Below are positions 55,507-64,000 of a DNA stretch of 64,000 nucleotides, in pieces. Source of the stretch: a bacterium (GTDB lineage Bacteria > Patescibacteriota > Minisyncoccia > UBA6257 > 2-01-FULL-56-20); NCBI GenBank assembly GCA_027310625.1, contig DAIDAM010000003.1, positions 67,278 through 131,277 of the forward strand, in the 5' to 3' direction. Numbering within the stretch: the stretch's first letter is position 1; each line of letters starts with the position of its first letter. Both the position numbers and the translations under genes were made by a program. The notes beneath the pieces were generated by a model. It was given only the letters and a program-made list of their open reading frames with translations, was not told the DNA's origin and did not search any database.

Positions 55507-55794
55507 ATGCGACATTGCGCAATTTGCGGAAAAGGTTCAATAATCGGAGGTAGAAGGAAGCTCCTGCGCGGGCATTACAATCCCGTTTCGAAATCGAGAA
55601 AATACCCCAATCTTCAGTGGGCCCGCCTGCCATCGCCTGCGGCTCAGTCCTCTGGCGGGCAGGCGAGAATCCCCGCCAAAGGCGGGTCCCTGCCCGACGG
55701 CGGGCGCGGCGCCTCGGGTGGAAATGGCGTACGAAAACTTATCTGCGCTCAATGCTTAAAAACGTTGAACCGCAAAGCCAAGACGAAAAAATGA
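55507..55794 (+). CDS. rpmB: 50S ribosomal protein L28 carrying a ~33-aa GC-rich in-frame insertion (55620-55720)
   Basis: L28 N- and C-terminal conserved segments (MRHCAICGKG…; …RKLICAQCLKTLNRK) separated by a Gly/Pro/Ala-rich segment of ~70% GC. Confidence 0.75.
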   Translation: MRHCAICGKGSIIGGRRKLLRGHYNPVSKSRKYPNLQWARLPSPAAQSSGGQARIPAKGGSLPDGGRGASGGNGVRKLICAQCLKTLNRKAKTKK

Positions 55795-55842
55795 CTTTGC
55801 GGACGGCGGGCCATAGTATATCCCGCAACTTTTGTATCCAAT

Positions 55843-55913
55843 CGGGCTGTAGTATAACGGCAGTACGCATGCATGGGGTGCATGTAGCCCGGGTTCGATT
55901 CCCGGCAGCCCGA
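55843..55913 (+). tRNA. tRNA-Pro (anticodon GGG), with C1-G72 as in bacterial tRNA-Pro
   Basis: acceptor cgggctg/cagcccg, anticodon stem catgc/gcatg with loop atggggt, T-loop ttcgatt. Confidence 0.65.
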
Positions 55914-56228
55914 CAAATTACAATAAAGGTTCGATTCTCCCGCCATTGTTCGAGCGAAGCGAGTTTACAATGGCGTGGATCCCGTACTCTCTCAATCCCA
56001 AAAAAAACACAAAATATAAAAATAGCGGCGGGATCGCGCCAACTCTAACTTCGCTTTCGCTCAGAGAGTTGCGGGACGCCTGGCCCGACACTAGAAATCG
56101 CTTGGCGAGTATTCGAGCTTAGCGTTTCTTGTGCCCCGCCGCAGGCGGGGCCGCCATATGCACCTTCCTTCGCTCCCGTCTTCACAAGGGCTACGGCGGG
56201 CAAGAAAGCTTCGGAAGAGTTATCAACA

Positions 56229-56270
56229 ATATGCAATGTCAAAGGTTGATAAAACAAAAACTGTATGGTA
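56229..56270. repeat. direct repeat ATGCAATGTC(A/G)AAGGTTGATAAAACAAAAACTG; second copy at 57600-57640; the pair brackets the dehydrogenase gene
   Basis: ~40-nt near-identical direct repeats. Confidence 0.6.
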
Positions 56271-56339
56271 TTTCGCTCGGCATACCGGAATATCAAGTAG
56301 ATTTTGCGCCCGATGATAAAGTTTGGGAAAGATAAATTT

Positions 56340-57365
56340 ATGAAAGCAGTATTTTTTGAAAAACCGGGCGGGCTAGAAGTTCTCCAATACGGAGAATTTC
56401 CAACCCCAAAACCGCAAAAGGGCGAGGCCCTTGTGCGAGTTCGTGCGGCTGGATTAAATCGTCTTGATATTTGGCTTCACGAGGATAAAGAGAACGCTCG
56501 CAATATCCCCATGCCGCATATTCCTGGATCTGATGCCGCCGGAATAATTGAGGAAATAAACGGAGAAAGCTCGCTCAAGGTTGGTCAAGAAGTGGTTTTG
56601 AATCCGTCTATTCCTTGCGGTACTTGTCCGCGCTGCAAAAAAAGCGAGGCGTGCGAACTTGTTAAAATTTTTGGTGTCAAGAATCAGGGCAGTTATGCCG
56701 AGTATATTACTGCGCCAATCTCGCAATTCTATCCTAAGCCACAAAACATTTCTTTTGTTGAAGCGGCGGCGTTTCCGCTAACTTTTCTAACTGCTTGGCA
56801 TATGCTTGTCGGACGAGCCAATCTCCAAAAGGGAGAATCTGTTTTTATTTGGGGCGCGTCCGGCGGATTGGGTTCTTCAGCTATTCAAGTGGCAAAATAT
56901 CTTGGCGCGAAAGTTATCGCCGCTGCAAAATCAGAGGAAGACGCAAAACAAATCCGCGAGATTGGCGCGGACGAAACTGTAATTTATACAAAAGGAAATA
57001 TTGAAAGCGAAGTAAAGAATCTGACGAATGGCCTAGGTGTTGACGTCGTGTTTGAAAGTGTTGGCGAAAAAACATGGAACACAACGCTTGCTATGCTTCG
57101 ACCTTTTGGTCGCGTTGTCATCGCTGGGACAACGAGTGGCGATATGGGAACGCAAGATTTAAGCGATATCTATGTTCGCCAACTTTCGATTTTTGGAGCG
57201 AGAATGGGAATCAGAGAAGAATTTGAGAAGGTTTTGGAGCTCGTCGCCGCAGGAAAATTAAAACCGATTATTGATAAGACATTCTCGCTCCAAGACGCTG
57301 CCGAAGCACAAAAACGAATGATTGAAGCTAAACAATTAGGTAAAATTGTGTTAGAGATATTATAA
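56340..57365 (+). CDS. zinc-binding alcohol dehydrogenase / quinone-oxidoreductase (MDR family)
   Basis: GHE-like and Cys4 structural zinc (CGTCPRCKKSEAC), GxGxxG-like GASGGLGS. Confidence 0.8.
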   Translation: MKAVFFEKPGGLEVLQYGEFPTPKPQKGEALVRVRAAGLNRLDIWLHEDKENARNIPMPHIPGSDAAGIIEEINGESSLKVGQEVVLNPSIPCGTCPRCKKSEACELVKIFGVKNQGSYAEYITAPISQFYPKPQNISFVEAAAFPLTFLTAWHMLVGRANLQKGESVFIWGASGGLGSSAIQVAKYLGAKVIAAAKSEEDAKQIREIGADETVIYTKGNIESEVKNLTNGLGVDVVFESVGEKTWNTTLAMLRPFGRVVIAGTTSGDMGTQDLSDIYVRQLSIFGARMGIREEFEKVLELVAAGKLKPIIDKTFSLQDAAEAQKRMIEAKQLGKIVLEIL

Positions 57366-57878
57366 GCGGCGTGCCAATTTCATTGGCACAAATTTTGGCG
57401 GCAGCGAAAGCGATGGCGGGGCGGGCATTCATCCCCCTTCACCCCCCTTTTTCTGCCAGCCCCGCCCGAGCGGTTTGGTTTTTGCCGCACCGCAGGCACG
57501 GCATCATTCAGGATTTCGTTCAAATCAAAAAAGGTTCGTTCAGCATTCAGTAATTGCGACATAAAAAAGGCGCGGGGTGAAGGGTGGGTATGTTACAAAA
57601 AATGCAATGTCGAAGGTTGATAAAACAAAAACTGCCCTAAAAGACAGCTTTTGAAGTCCCGCCTAGATTTTGCCCGGTTGTTTAACCAAGTGGGTGAGCT
57701 CAACTCCGTCCCGGAGGACGGAGGGATATTGCCCTCCCTGACAAAATTATTTGATCCGAACTCTAAAGCGGGACCACACTTATTATACCATATCAAAACG
57801 GCAAACGGCACAACGCAAACAGCAAACAGCTAAAACGATTTGCCGTAAGCTGTAAGCCGTGAGCAATAAGCCAAAACT

Positions 57879-59186
57879 ATGGATAGAAAAATAAGGAGAA
57901 AACTCTTTTATTCTCTTTTTGCCGCATTCATAGTTCTCGGCATAATTGTTGTCCTCTACGCAAACGGCTGGAGAATTGACCTTGAAAATTTCAAGGTGGA
58001 GAAAGTGGGAGGAATTTATGTGAGGAGTTTCCCGTCGGATGCACGGCTTTTTTTGAACGGGAAACAGCAAAATAAAAATCCGGGGCTCTTTGACTATGGA
58101 AGATTCATAGGAAATCTTCTGCCGAAAAACTATGAACTCAAGCTCGCAAGCGAGGGTTATCTGGATTGGATTGAAAGCGTCTCTGTAAATCCGTCTCTAA
58201 TATCGGAAATCAAATATGCGGTTCTAATTCCCAAAAATTCCATTTCGGCTGCGAGCGGAACCATTGATGGATTTTGGATTGAAAACGACCAACTGATAAC
58301 CCGGAAGGGCGGGACTCTCTTTTATGGGAAAGGAAAATTGAGCGGTGATACCGTTTTATGGCAGAACAACAACGACAGAACAACTGTCACAAAAAGTTCC
58401 GCATCAAAAATTTATTTCATAAATCGTCTGCTGAACGGCGCGTCCTCTCCAACTTCAACGAGCATTAACGCAATGCTTTCAAAAAATGGAATCGCGCCGT
58501 CAAGCGTCAGAGAAATCACTGAAGACGGGGGTGGAACAATTTTTGCGACAACAAAAAGAATTTTCGGCTTGAATCTTGCCGACGGAAAAATAGAAGAACT
58601 TGCGTCGTCAAGCGATGCGGTTTCAAATCTTGCGGTTTCACGGTCGCTTGCGGCATGGACGACAAGAGAACAAAAAACCGGGAATTATGCGCTTTCGCTT
58701 TACAGCCGTTCCTCACGGTCGGTTGAAAAAGTGTCCCTCGACGGAGAGCCGATAAAGCTTGAATTTACAAGCGAAAACCGACTGGGAATCCTTCAAAAAA
58801 ACGGGGGGTTTTACATAATCAACGGGAAAAAAGAACCTAGGAAAACCGCCAGCGACGCCAAAGATTTTTATTTTTCACCAAGCGGCAGCAAAGTTGCGGT
58901 CCTTGAAAACGGGGCAGTGGAAATATTCTCAATTGACGGAAGCAGCAATTACTGGAGATTCCGCCTTCCCGATACTGAGAATATAAAAAAGTTGGAATGG
59001 TATGCCGACGAAAACAATCTTTTCGTTATTTACCCAAGTGAGGCGAGATTTTTTAATCTTGACGACAGGGAAATAAGAAACTTCCTTCTCGTAACCGACG
59101 GCGAGCAATTTCAATACGACGAGAAGTCAAACTCTTTTTACTTCATAAAAAACAAAGAGTTGAGGAAAATTGTTTTTCCGAGATGA
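57879..59186 (+). CDS. membrane-anchored PEGA-domain protein with a C-terminal beta-rich region; hypothetical
   Basis: N-terminal TM helix; PEGA-like IYVRSFPSDARLFLNG…YELKLASEGY. Confidence 0.5.
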   Translation: MDRKIRRKLFYSLFAAFIVLGIIVVLYANGWRIDLENFKVEKVGGIYVRSFPSDARLFLNGKQQNKNPGLFDYGRFIGNLLPKNYELKLASEGYLDWIESVSVNPSLISEIKYAVLIPKNSISAASGTIDGFWIENDQLITRKGGTLFYGKGKLSGDTVLWQNNNDRTTVTKSSASKIYFINRLLNGASSPTSTSINAMLSKNGIAPSSVREITEDGGGTIFATTKRIFGLNLADGKIEELASSSDAVSNLAVSRSLAAWTTREQKTGNYALSLYSRSSRSVEKVSLDGEPIKLEFTSENRLGILQKNGGFYIINGKKEPRKTASDAKDFYFSPSGSKVAVLENGAVEIFSIDGSSNYWRFRLPDTENIKKLEWYADENNLFVIYPSEARFFNLDDREIRNFLLVTDGEQFQYDEKSNSFYFIKNKELRKIVFPR

Positions 59187-59450
59187 TAAGCAACAATAAA
59201 GCAGTTCTTTTTGCGGCCTCGCAGCTGATTGGCATGGTGTCACCTGCCAAATGTCGGGGAGCAATCAGCGAGGACAAAGCAAGCGAGTTGCTGGACGAGC
59301 GAAGCAGGCAAGAAAAGGAATCGCTTTTATTTTTATCTCTTTTGCCAATGAGGCATCAAATTTCCCCCGAACCCCTGTCTTGGAAACCTCTCGGTTTCCA
59401 ACGGCCTTCGGCCTGCCTTCCTACACGGGGGAAATTTCCCCGCAATGTCA

Positions 59451-59876
59451 TTAGCGTTTCTGCCATTGCGGGGCCCTCCTCGCTTTCTTGAGTCCGTACT
59501 TCTTCCTTTCCACCATTCGCGGGTCGCGAGTCAAAAATCCGAAGGCGCGGAGTTTGTTTTTTAGTCCGCTGTCAAACATAACAAGCGCGCGGGCAAGACC
59601 GAGGCGAACCGCCTCCGCCTGCGCATTCATTCCCCCGCCTGAAACCTTCGCGCTAACGTCAAATTTCTCCGAGAGAGCGAGTTTATCCAAGGGAGACGAA
59701 GCGACAGCGCTTGAAAAACCCGTGTTGAAATACTCCCCTGAAACTTCGCTGTTTATAAGAAAATTTCCTGTTCCTTTCGTTATCCGGACGCGCGCGACGG
59801 CTGTTTTTCTCCTTCCCACGCCCTCAAAATATCGTATAGGTTTTACGGATTGCTGTTTTTCTTGTTTTTTAGCCAT
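59451..59876 (-). CDS. rpsI: 30S ribosomal protein S9
   Basis: S9 signature. Confidence 0.93.
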   Translation of the reverse strand: MAKKQEKQQSVKPIRYFEGVGRRKTAVARVRITKGTGNFLINSEVSGEYFNTGFSSAVASSPLDKLALSEKFDVSAKVSGGGMNAQAEAVRLGLARALVMFDSGLKNKLRAFGFLTRDPRMVERKKYGLKKARRAPQWQKR

Positions 59877-59990
59877 TGTTTTATCAGCGAATAACGAATC
59901 TTTTTCTAATTTATCCCGATTGCATCGAGGACTCTCGACGGCGTCGGAGCGAATTCGTTTATTCGCAATTGATTAGTTATTCGTTGATTA

Positions 59991-60353
59991 TCATTTTTCA
60001 AAAACAAGATTTTTCAGGCGGCGACTGCTCAAAAAATTCTTGGGAAGCATTCTTCTTATCGCCTCTCTTATTACGCCCTTCGGATTTCTTTCAAACGCCT
60101 GCTCAAAAGTAAGCTTTTTCAAGTGTCCCTGATATCCCGTGTGCCTGTAATAAACTTTGTTTTTGAATTTCCTCCCGGTAAGCGTTATGTCGCGGTAATT
60201 TTTCAAAAGAACTTTGTCCGCGCCGATAAGCCGCGGATTGTAATTCGCCGATTTCTTGCCCTGCAGAATCGTCGCGATTTCGGAGGCCAGTCGTCCCAAT
60301 CTTTTATTTTTGGCGTCAATTATATAGTCCATCTTTTTCGTAATCAGCATCAA
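59991..60353 (-). CDS. rplM: 50S ribosomal protein L13
   Basis: L13 signature. Confidence 0.92.
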   Translation of the reverse strand: MMLITKKMDYIIDAKNKRLGRLASEIATILQGKKSANYNPRLIGADKVLLKNYRDITLTGRKFKNKVYYRHTGYQGHLKKLTFEQAFERNPKGVIREAIRRMLPKNFLSSRRLKNLVFEK

Positions 60354-60354
60354 T

Positions 60355-60545
60355 CAGTCGTCATCCGCACCCGCCTGCCAACGCCTGCCAGTGAAGTTAT
60401 GATATAGTTTCAAAGTAAATGTCATCTTTTTGTTATTGCCGAGTTTCATTGGATGGCTATGGCGGGCAGGTAAATCAGCGTCAAAAGTATTCCCCGCAGC
60501 GATGAACGCTGATAAATGCTGATTTTGGGCGGATTAACGCTGATG
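60355..60545. repeat. intergenic palindromic element, ATCAGC/GCTGAT family
   Basis: catcaatcagtcgtcatccgc … cgctgataaatgctgattttg. Confidence 0.55.
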
Positions 60546-60557
60546 CGCAAGATTTTA

Positions 60558-60911
60558 TTACACAAACTCGATTGTCGCAACCCGCGCGCTGTCTCTTTTT
60601 CTAGTTTTCCCTCCTTTCATTATCCGAAGGAAGCCGCCGTTTCTGTCCTTGTAGCGCGGAGCTATGTCTTCCATCAGTTTCCCGACAAGGTTTTTATCGT
60701 GAAGCCGGCTCAAGAGGATGCGTCGCGAAGCCAAATCGCCCTTTTTTGCTATGGAAACCATTCTTTCGGTAATCGGCCGCATCTCTTTCGCTCTGATTTC
60801 CGTGGTCTCAATTTTCTCGTCGCGTATGAGATTGTTGACGAGATTTCTCAAAAACGATTTTCTCCTGCCGGTCAGGCGATGAAATTTTCTTCCTTTTTTT
60901 CTGTGGCGCAT
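60558..60911 (-). CDS. rplQ: 50S ribosomal protein L17
   Basis: L17 signature. Confidence 0.92.
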   Translation of the reverse strand: MRHRKKGRKFHRLTGRRKSFLRNLVNNLIRDEKIETTEIRAKEMRPITERMVSIAKKGDLASRRILLSRLHDKNLVGKLMEDIAPRYKDRNGGFLRIMKGGKTRKRDSARVATIEFV

Positions 60912-60998
60912 AGGAGTATTCGCGAATGATGCTAATTGTTTCTAAATAATGCGAATTTATTAGCGTTATTCTGTCAAGATTCGCGTTATTGGCGATTA

Positions 60999-61778
60999 CT
61001 ATTGTTTCTTCGGTCTTCCCCTTTTCTTCGGCGCCTTCTCTCCGCCTTCCTCTTTCACGCCGCCGTGACCCATCTCAAACTCCTGAACGCCGACATCGGA
61101 AACTTTCTTGAAGTGGTCGTTGAGAATGTTCGCCGTTTTGTGAAGCGCCGATGAAGGACTGATGGTGCCGTCGGTTTCTATTTCAATCCGCAGACGGTTG
61201 TAGTCGGTGCGCTCGCCGACACGCATGTTTTCAACCGTGTAATTCACTCTTCTGACCGGAGAGAAAAACGCATCCACTCCTATGAGCCCCACGGTCAATT
61301 TTTTTTCCTTTCTTGATTCCACCGGCGAATAGCCGAGTCCTTTCTCAACCGTTATTTCCACGTCCAACTCGGCGTTTTTTGAAGTAAGGGAGGCAATGTG
61401 CTCGTCGGGATTGATAATTTCTACATCGGCGTTTTTCTTTATGTCCGCCGCCGTGACTTCGCCCTCGCCCTTCGCTTTCAGCGTCAAGGTTTGCGTTTCA
61501 TCAGTGTGCATTCTGAAACGAATCTTTTTGAAATTCAGGGTCAGTTCCACCAAGTCCTCTTTAACGCCGGGCAGGGTGGAAAATTCATGCTGGGCGTTCT
61601 TTACCTTTATGTAGGTGACGGCGGCTCCTGGAAGAGACGAAAGAAGAGCACGCCGAAGAGCGTTCCCTATCGTAAGGCCGTAGCCGGCGTAGAGTCCTTC
61701 TACTTCAAAAACTCCTTTTTTGCCGTTTTCCGAAACGGTTTTTATCCCGACTGTTTCGCTTAAGTATGTGTAATTCAT
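60999..61778 (-). CDS. rpoA: DNA-directed RNA polymerase alpha subunit lacking the C-terminal domain; ends in a basic AT-hook-like tail (KAPKKRGRPKKQ)
   Basis: alpha N-terminal dimerisation/assembly domain conserved; only 259 aa; next gene starts 88 nt downstream. Confidence 0.88.
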   Translation of the reverse strand: MNYTYLSETVGIKTVSENGKKGVFEVEGLYAGYGLTIGNALRRALLSSLPGAAVTYIKVKNAQHEFSTLPGVKEDLVELTLNFKKIRFRMHTDETQTLTLKAKGEGEVTAADIKKNADVEIINPDEHIASLTSKNAELDVEITVEKGLGYSPVESRKEKKLTVGLIGVDAFFSPVRRVNYTVENMRVGERTDYNRLRIEIETDGTISPSSALHKTANILNDHFKKVSDVGVQEFEMGHGGVKEEGGEKAPKKRGRPKKQ

Positions 61779-61882
61779 GAATTTAAGAGATTAGATATCA
61801 GTTAACAGACATTAGGGCGTTTTACTCTGATTACTGATGTTTGACTTTTGATGTCTAATATCTGATGTCTAATTACTATGTC

Positions 61883-62491
61883 CTATTTATTAAATGATTC
61901 GACCAATAAGTTTATTTCCACCGGTATCTCTGCCTGACGCGGCAATTCAATCACTTTTCCTTCCATTTTGTCGGCGTCAAACGCCAACCAAGCAGGCATT
62001 TCGTAGTTTTTGAGATTCTCCTTCAGGTTCTTGAAAGTCTGCTTGGCTTTGGATTCCTCCCTCACGCTGACGGTGTCGTTCATTTTTACGAGAAAACCGG
62101 GAGAACGCACCCGCTTTTTATTCACGAAAATGTGCCCGTGAATTATAATCTGTCTTGCCTGCGAACGAGAAGGCGCGATGCCCATTCTGAAAACGACGTT
62201 GTCCAATCTGCGCTCAACAAGTTCCGTAATTTTTTCGATAGTGGAGGTGCGACTCCTTTCCGCATCTTTGAAGATTTTCCGCAGATTGTTTTCGTCTATG
62301 CCGTAAGTCAGTTTGAATTTCTGTTTTTCTTTCAGTTGCTTTCCGAAATCCGAAACGGAATGACGCTTCTGCCCGTGAGGGCCAGGTCTGTAGGGACGCC
62401 TGACCACCGCGCACTTCGGCGACTGACAGCGATAGCCCTTCAGGTGAAGGTGCTCGCCAAGCGAACGTTCCTTTTTTTCTTTTACTTTCAT
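61883..62491 (-). CDS. rpsD: 30S ribosomal protein S4
   Basis: S4 signature with N-terminal zinc-finger Cys. Confidence 0.93.
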   Translation of the reverse strand: MKVKEKKERSLGEHLHLKGYRCQSPKCAVVRRPYRPGPHGQKRHSVSDFGKQLKEKQKFKLTYGIDENNLRKIFKDAERSRTSTIEKITELVERRLDNVVFRMGIAPSRSQARQIIIHGHIFVNKKRVRSPGFLVKMNDTVSVREESKAKQTFKNLKENLKNYEMPAWLAFDADKMEGKVIELPRQAEIPVEINLLVESFNK

Positions 62492-62494
62492 GTT

Positions 62495-62660
62495 TTTATG
62501 GTATCCGCATTAATCAGCTGTCATCCGCATTTATCAGCGTTCTTGCTGTGAAAAAGTTTTTGACGCTGATTTACCTGCCCGCCGAAGCCCTCGCCTTGCC
62601 GAAGCCGACGGCGAAGCGCAGGTCGGCGCAGGCGGGTGCCGATTTTGACGGATTTATGCT
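62495..62660. repeat. intergenic element: ATCAGC/GCTGAT arms plus a GC-rich segment (GCCCTCGCCTTGCCGAAGCCGACGGCGAAGCGCAGGT) that is also found inside the mnmA 5' region (11858-11895)
   Basis: 38-nt near-identity between 62582-62620 and 11858-11895. Confidence 0.65.
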
Positions 62661-62671
62661 GATATTCCATT

Positions 62672-63109
62672 TCATATCCTTCTTGTTTTCGGCGGACGAG
62701 GGCCGTTATGGGGAACCGGAGTCACGTCTCTTATCGCCGTTATGTTTATTCCTCTATTTATAAGAGAGCGGAGGGCGGAATCTCTCCCGCTGCCGACCCC
62801 TTTCACAAAAACTTCCGCATCCTTCATTCCGTAAGGAGCGATTTTCTCCGCGATTATCGAAACGACCTTGGAAGCGGCGAAGGGTGTCGCTTTTTTCGGC
62901 CCCGAAAATCCCGATGAGCCCGACGAAGCCCAGGCAAGAACGCTTCCTTTCGTGTCGGTCACCGTTATCATCGTATTGTTATAGGTCGCGTTTATGTAAA
63001 TCTTTCCCTTCTCAACCGACTTGGATTTCTTCGAGCTTGCTTTCGGGGCAGCTTCCTGTTTTTCTTTTGCCGCCTCCGCGGCTTTTTCGACAACTTTTTT
63101 CTTGCCCAT
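62672..63109 (-). CDS. rpsK: 30S ribosomal protein S11; upstream ORF extension lies in a repeat element
   Basis: S11 signature; start MGKKKV. Confidence 0.92.
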   Translation of the reverse strand: MGKKKVVEKAAEAAKEKQEAAPKASSKKSKSVEKGKIYINATYNNTMITVTDTKGSVLAWASSGSSGFSGPKKATPFAASKVVSIIAEKIAPYGMKDAEVFVKGVGSGRDSALRSLINRGINITAIRDVTPVPHNGPRPPKTRRI

Positions 63110-63233
63110 GATTTTGATAAATCCTAAATTCGAAATCCGAAATTCTAAACAAATTCGAAATTCTAAATTCAAAACGTGTTTGAAATTTGTGATTTGGGAT
63201 TTGTTTAGTATTTAGAATTTAGTGCTTCGAATT

Positions 63234-63617
63234 TTACTTTAATTCCACCTTGCGTTTCCCGCTGCCGGCGGTCTTTCTCACATTGCCCCTGACGGTTCTT
63301 GAATTTGTTTTTGTCCTCTGGCCGCGGGTCGGCAGATGCTTGACATGCCTCGCTCCGCGGTACGTCTGGAGTTCTTTCAATCGCTGAATATTCCTCCTGA
63401 TTACCTGCCTGAGTTCCCCCTCAATGCGGAAATTCTTTTCTACAAACGTTTTTATGCGGTTTATCTCGTCGGGATTCAAATCCTTGACGCGCTTGTCGGG
63501 ACTGATTTTTGAAGAACCAAGTATGCGCCTGCTGCTCGGCAAACCGATGCCGTAAATATACGTCAGAGATGTTTCGATTCTTTTGTTGTCCGGTATGTTT
63601 ACTCCGAGCAATCTCAT
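63234..63617 (-). CDS. rpsM: 30S ribosomal protein S13
   Basis: S13 signature. Confidence 0.93.
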   Translation of the reverse strand: MRLLGVNIPDNKRIETSLTYIYGIGLPSSRRILGSSKISPDKRVKDLNPDEINRIKTFVEKNFRIEGELRQVIRRNIQRLKELQTYRGARHVKHLPTRGQRTKTNSRTVRGNVRKTAGSGKRKVELK

Positions 63618-63715
63618 GGTTTTATATTGTTCGTCGTTCGATCGCTTCGCTCGTTCAATTTGTTCGAATTGTTTTTACTTTGAACATTTCGAACTTCGAA
63701 CTTTTAACTGATAAT

Positions 63716-63829
63716 TTATCCCTGTCGCTGTTTATGTTTTGGATTCCTGCAGAGAATATAAAGGCGACCGCGACGCTTCGTTACCCTGCAATCCTTGCAC
63801 ATTTTTTTTATTGAACTTCGCACCTTCAT
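63716..63829 (-). CDS. rpmJ: 50S ribosomal protein L36 (37 aa; too short for the ORF track)
   Basis: hand translation [37 protein letters not shown] with the L36 zinc-ribbon pattern. Confidence 0.85.
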   Translation of the reverse strand: MKVRSSIKKMCKDCRVTKRRGRLYILCRNPKHKQRQG

Positions 63830-63839
63830 TGGTGTAAAT

Positions 63840-63960
63840 AAATTTCGCGAGCCGCAGGCGAGCAATAGTATCTACCAGTATCAACAAGTATCAAACGATA
63901 CTGATAGATACTCGGTTTTGCCGATACTTGCTCGGCATAAATGCCTCGCGATACCGATCG
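63840..63960. repeat. intergenic palindromic element, GTATCTACCAGTATCAA … family
   Basis: inverted repeats agtatctaccagtatcaacaagtatcaaacgatactgatagatact. Confidence 0.55.
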
Positions 63961-63970
63961 TATTACATCT

Positions 63971-64000
63971 TACAACCTCCTGATTATCCTCCCGCGCAAC
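63971..64000 (-). CDS. infA: possible 3' end of infA (…LRGRIIRRL*), partial at the window edge
   Basis: C-terminal peptide resembles IF-1; expected operon position upstream of rpmJ. Confidence 0.3.

Noticed and set aside
55928-55960. tmRNA or second full tRNA after tRNA-Pro
   Set aside because: Only a T-arm-like fragment is present. No acceptor pairing and no tmRNA resume-codon or pseudoknot pattern could be found by eye.
56131-56335. ORFs 56129..56335 and 57371..57553
   Set aside because: Short ORFs in GC-rich hairpin/direct-repeat DNA flanking the dehydrogenase, with no coding signal.
1-64000. rRNA genes, prophage or integrase genes
   Set aside because: No 16S/23S/5S-like conserved blocks and no integrase, terminase or capsid-like ORFs were seen in any frame.

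Overview
This is a low-GC (~43-45%) bacterial contig. Its gene content is consistent with a Candidate Phyla Radiation / Patescibacteria-like genome: the long S10-spc ribosomal cluster has no rplD-to-secY gap for L30 and no rpmD, there is a DUF5667 secreted protein, 'four helix bundle' and GxxExxY genes of the kind associated with 23S-rRNA intervening sequences, a short EF-Ts and an RpoA without an alpha C-terminal domain. On the minus strand two ribosomal-protein/translation clusters are intact: rpsL-rpsG-fusA-tuf-rpsJ-rplC...rplO-secY at 12200-29985, and infA(partial)-rpmJ-rpsM-rpsK-rpsD-rpoA-rplQ then rplM-rpsI at 59451-64000. The stretch between them (30-59 kb) is accessory-like. It holds a TrpR/YerC-like regulator with four palindromic operators, tRNA loci and an HTH/LAGLIDADG-like gene. 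It also holds recG, a toxin-antitoxin island built around a REP-associated tyrosine transposase with five REP palindromes, a large secreted beta-helix/fibre-like protein, a pilin-like protein and a cellulose-synthase-like GT2. Further genes there are a frameshifted tsaD, valS with an embedded histidine-phosphatase domain, prsW, hsp20, rpmB and an alcohol dehydrogenase. The most unusual signals are: (1) two loci where a tRNA-like gene is interrupted in its anticodon loop by about 110 nt that forms a 9-bp helix and carries a complete second tRNA (Arg-TCG, Glu-TTC); (2) period-7 tandem repeats and other short repeat families inserted in-frame in many housekeeping genes, with two -1 frameshifts in tsaD falling exactly in such tracts; (3) GxxExxY nuclease-like domains inserted in-frame, twice, into the GT2 gene, plus one free-standing copy that splits an intergenic palindromic element in the str operon; (4) nearly every intergenic spacer of the ribosomal-protein operon is occupied by one of several palindromic/MITE-like element families; (5) compositionally foreign high-GC patches, including one inserted between rpsJ and rplC. 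No rRNA, CRISPR array or obvious prophage was seen.
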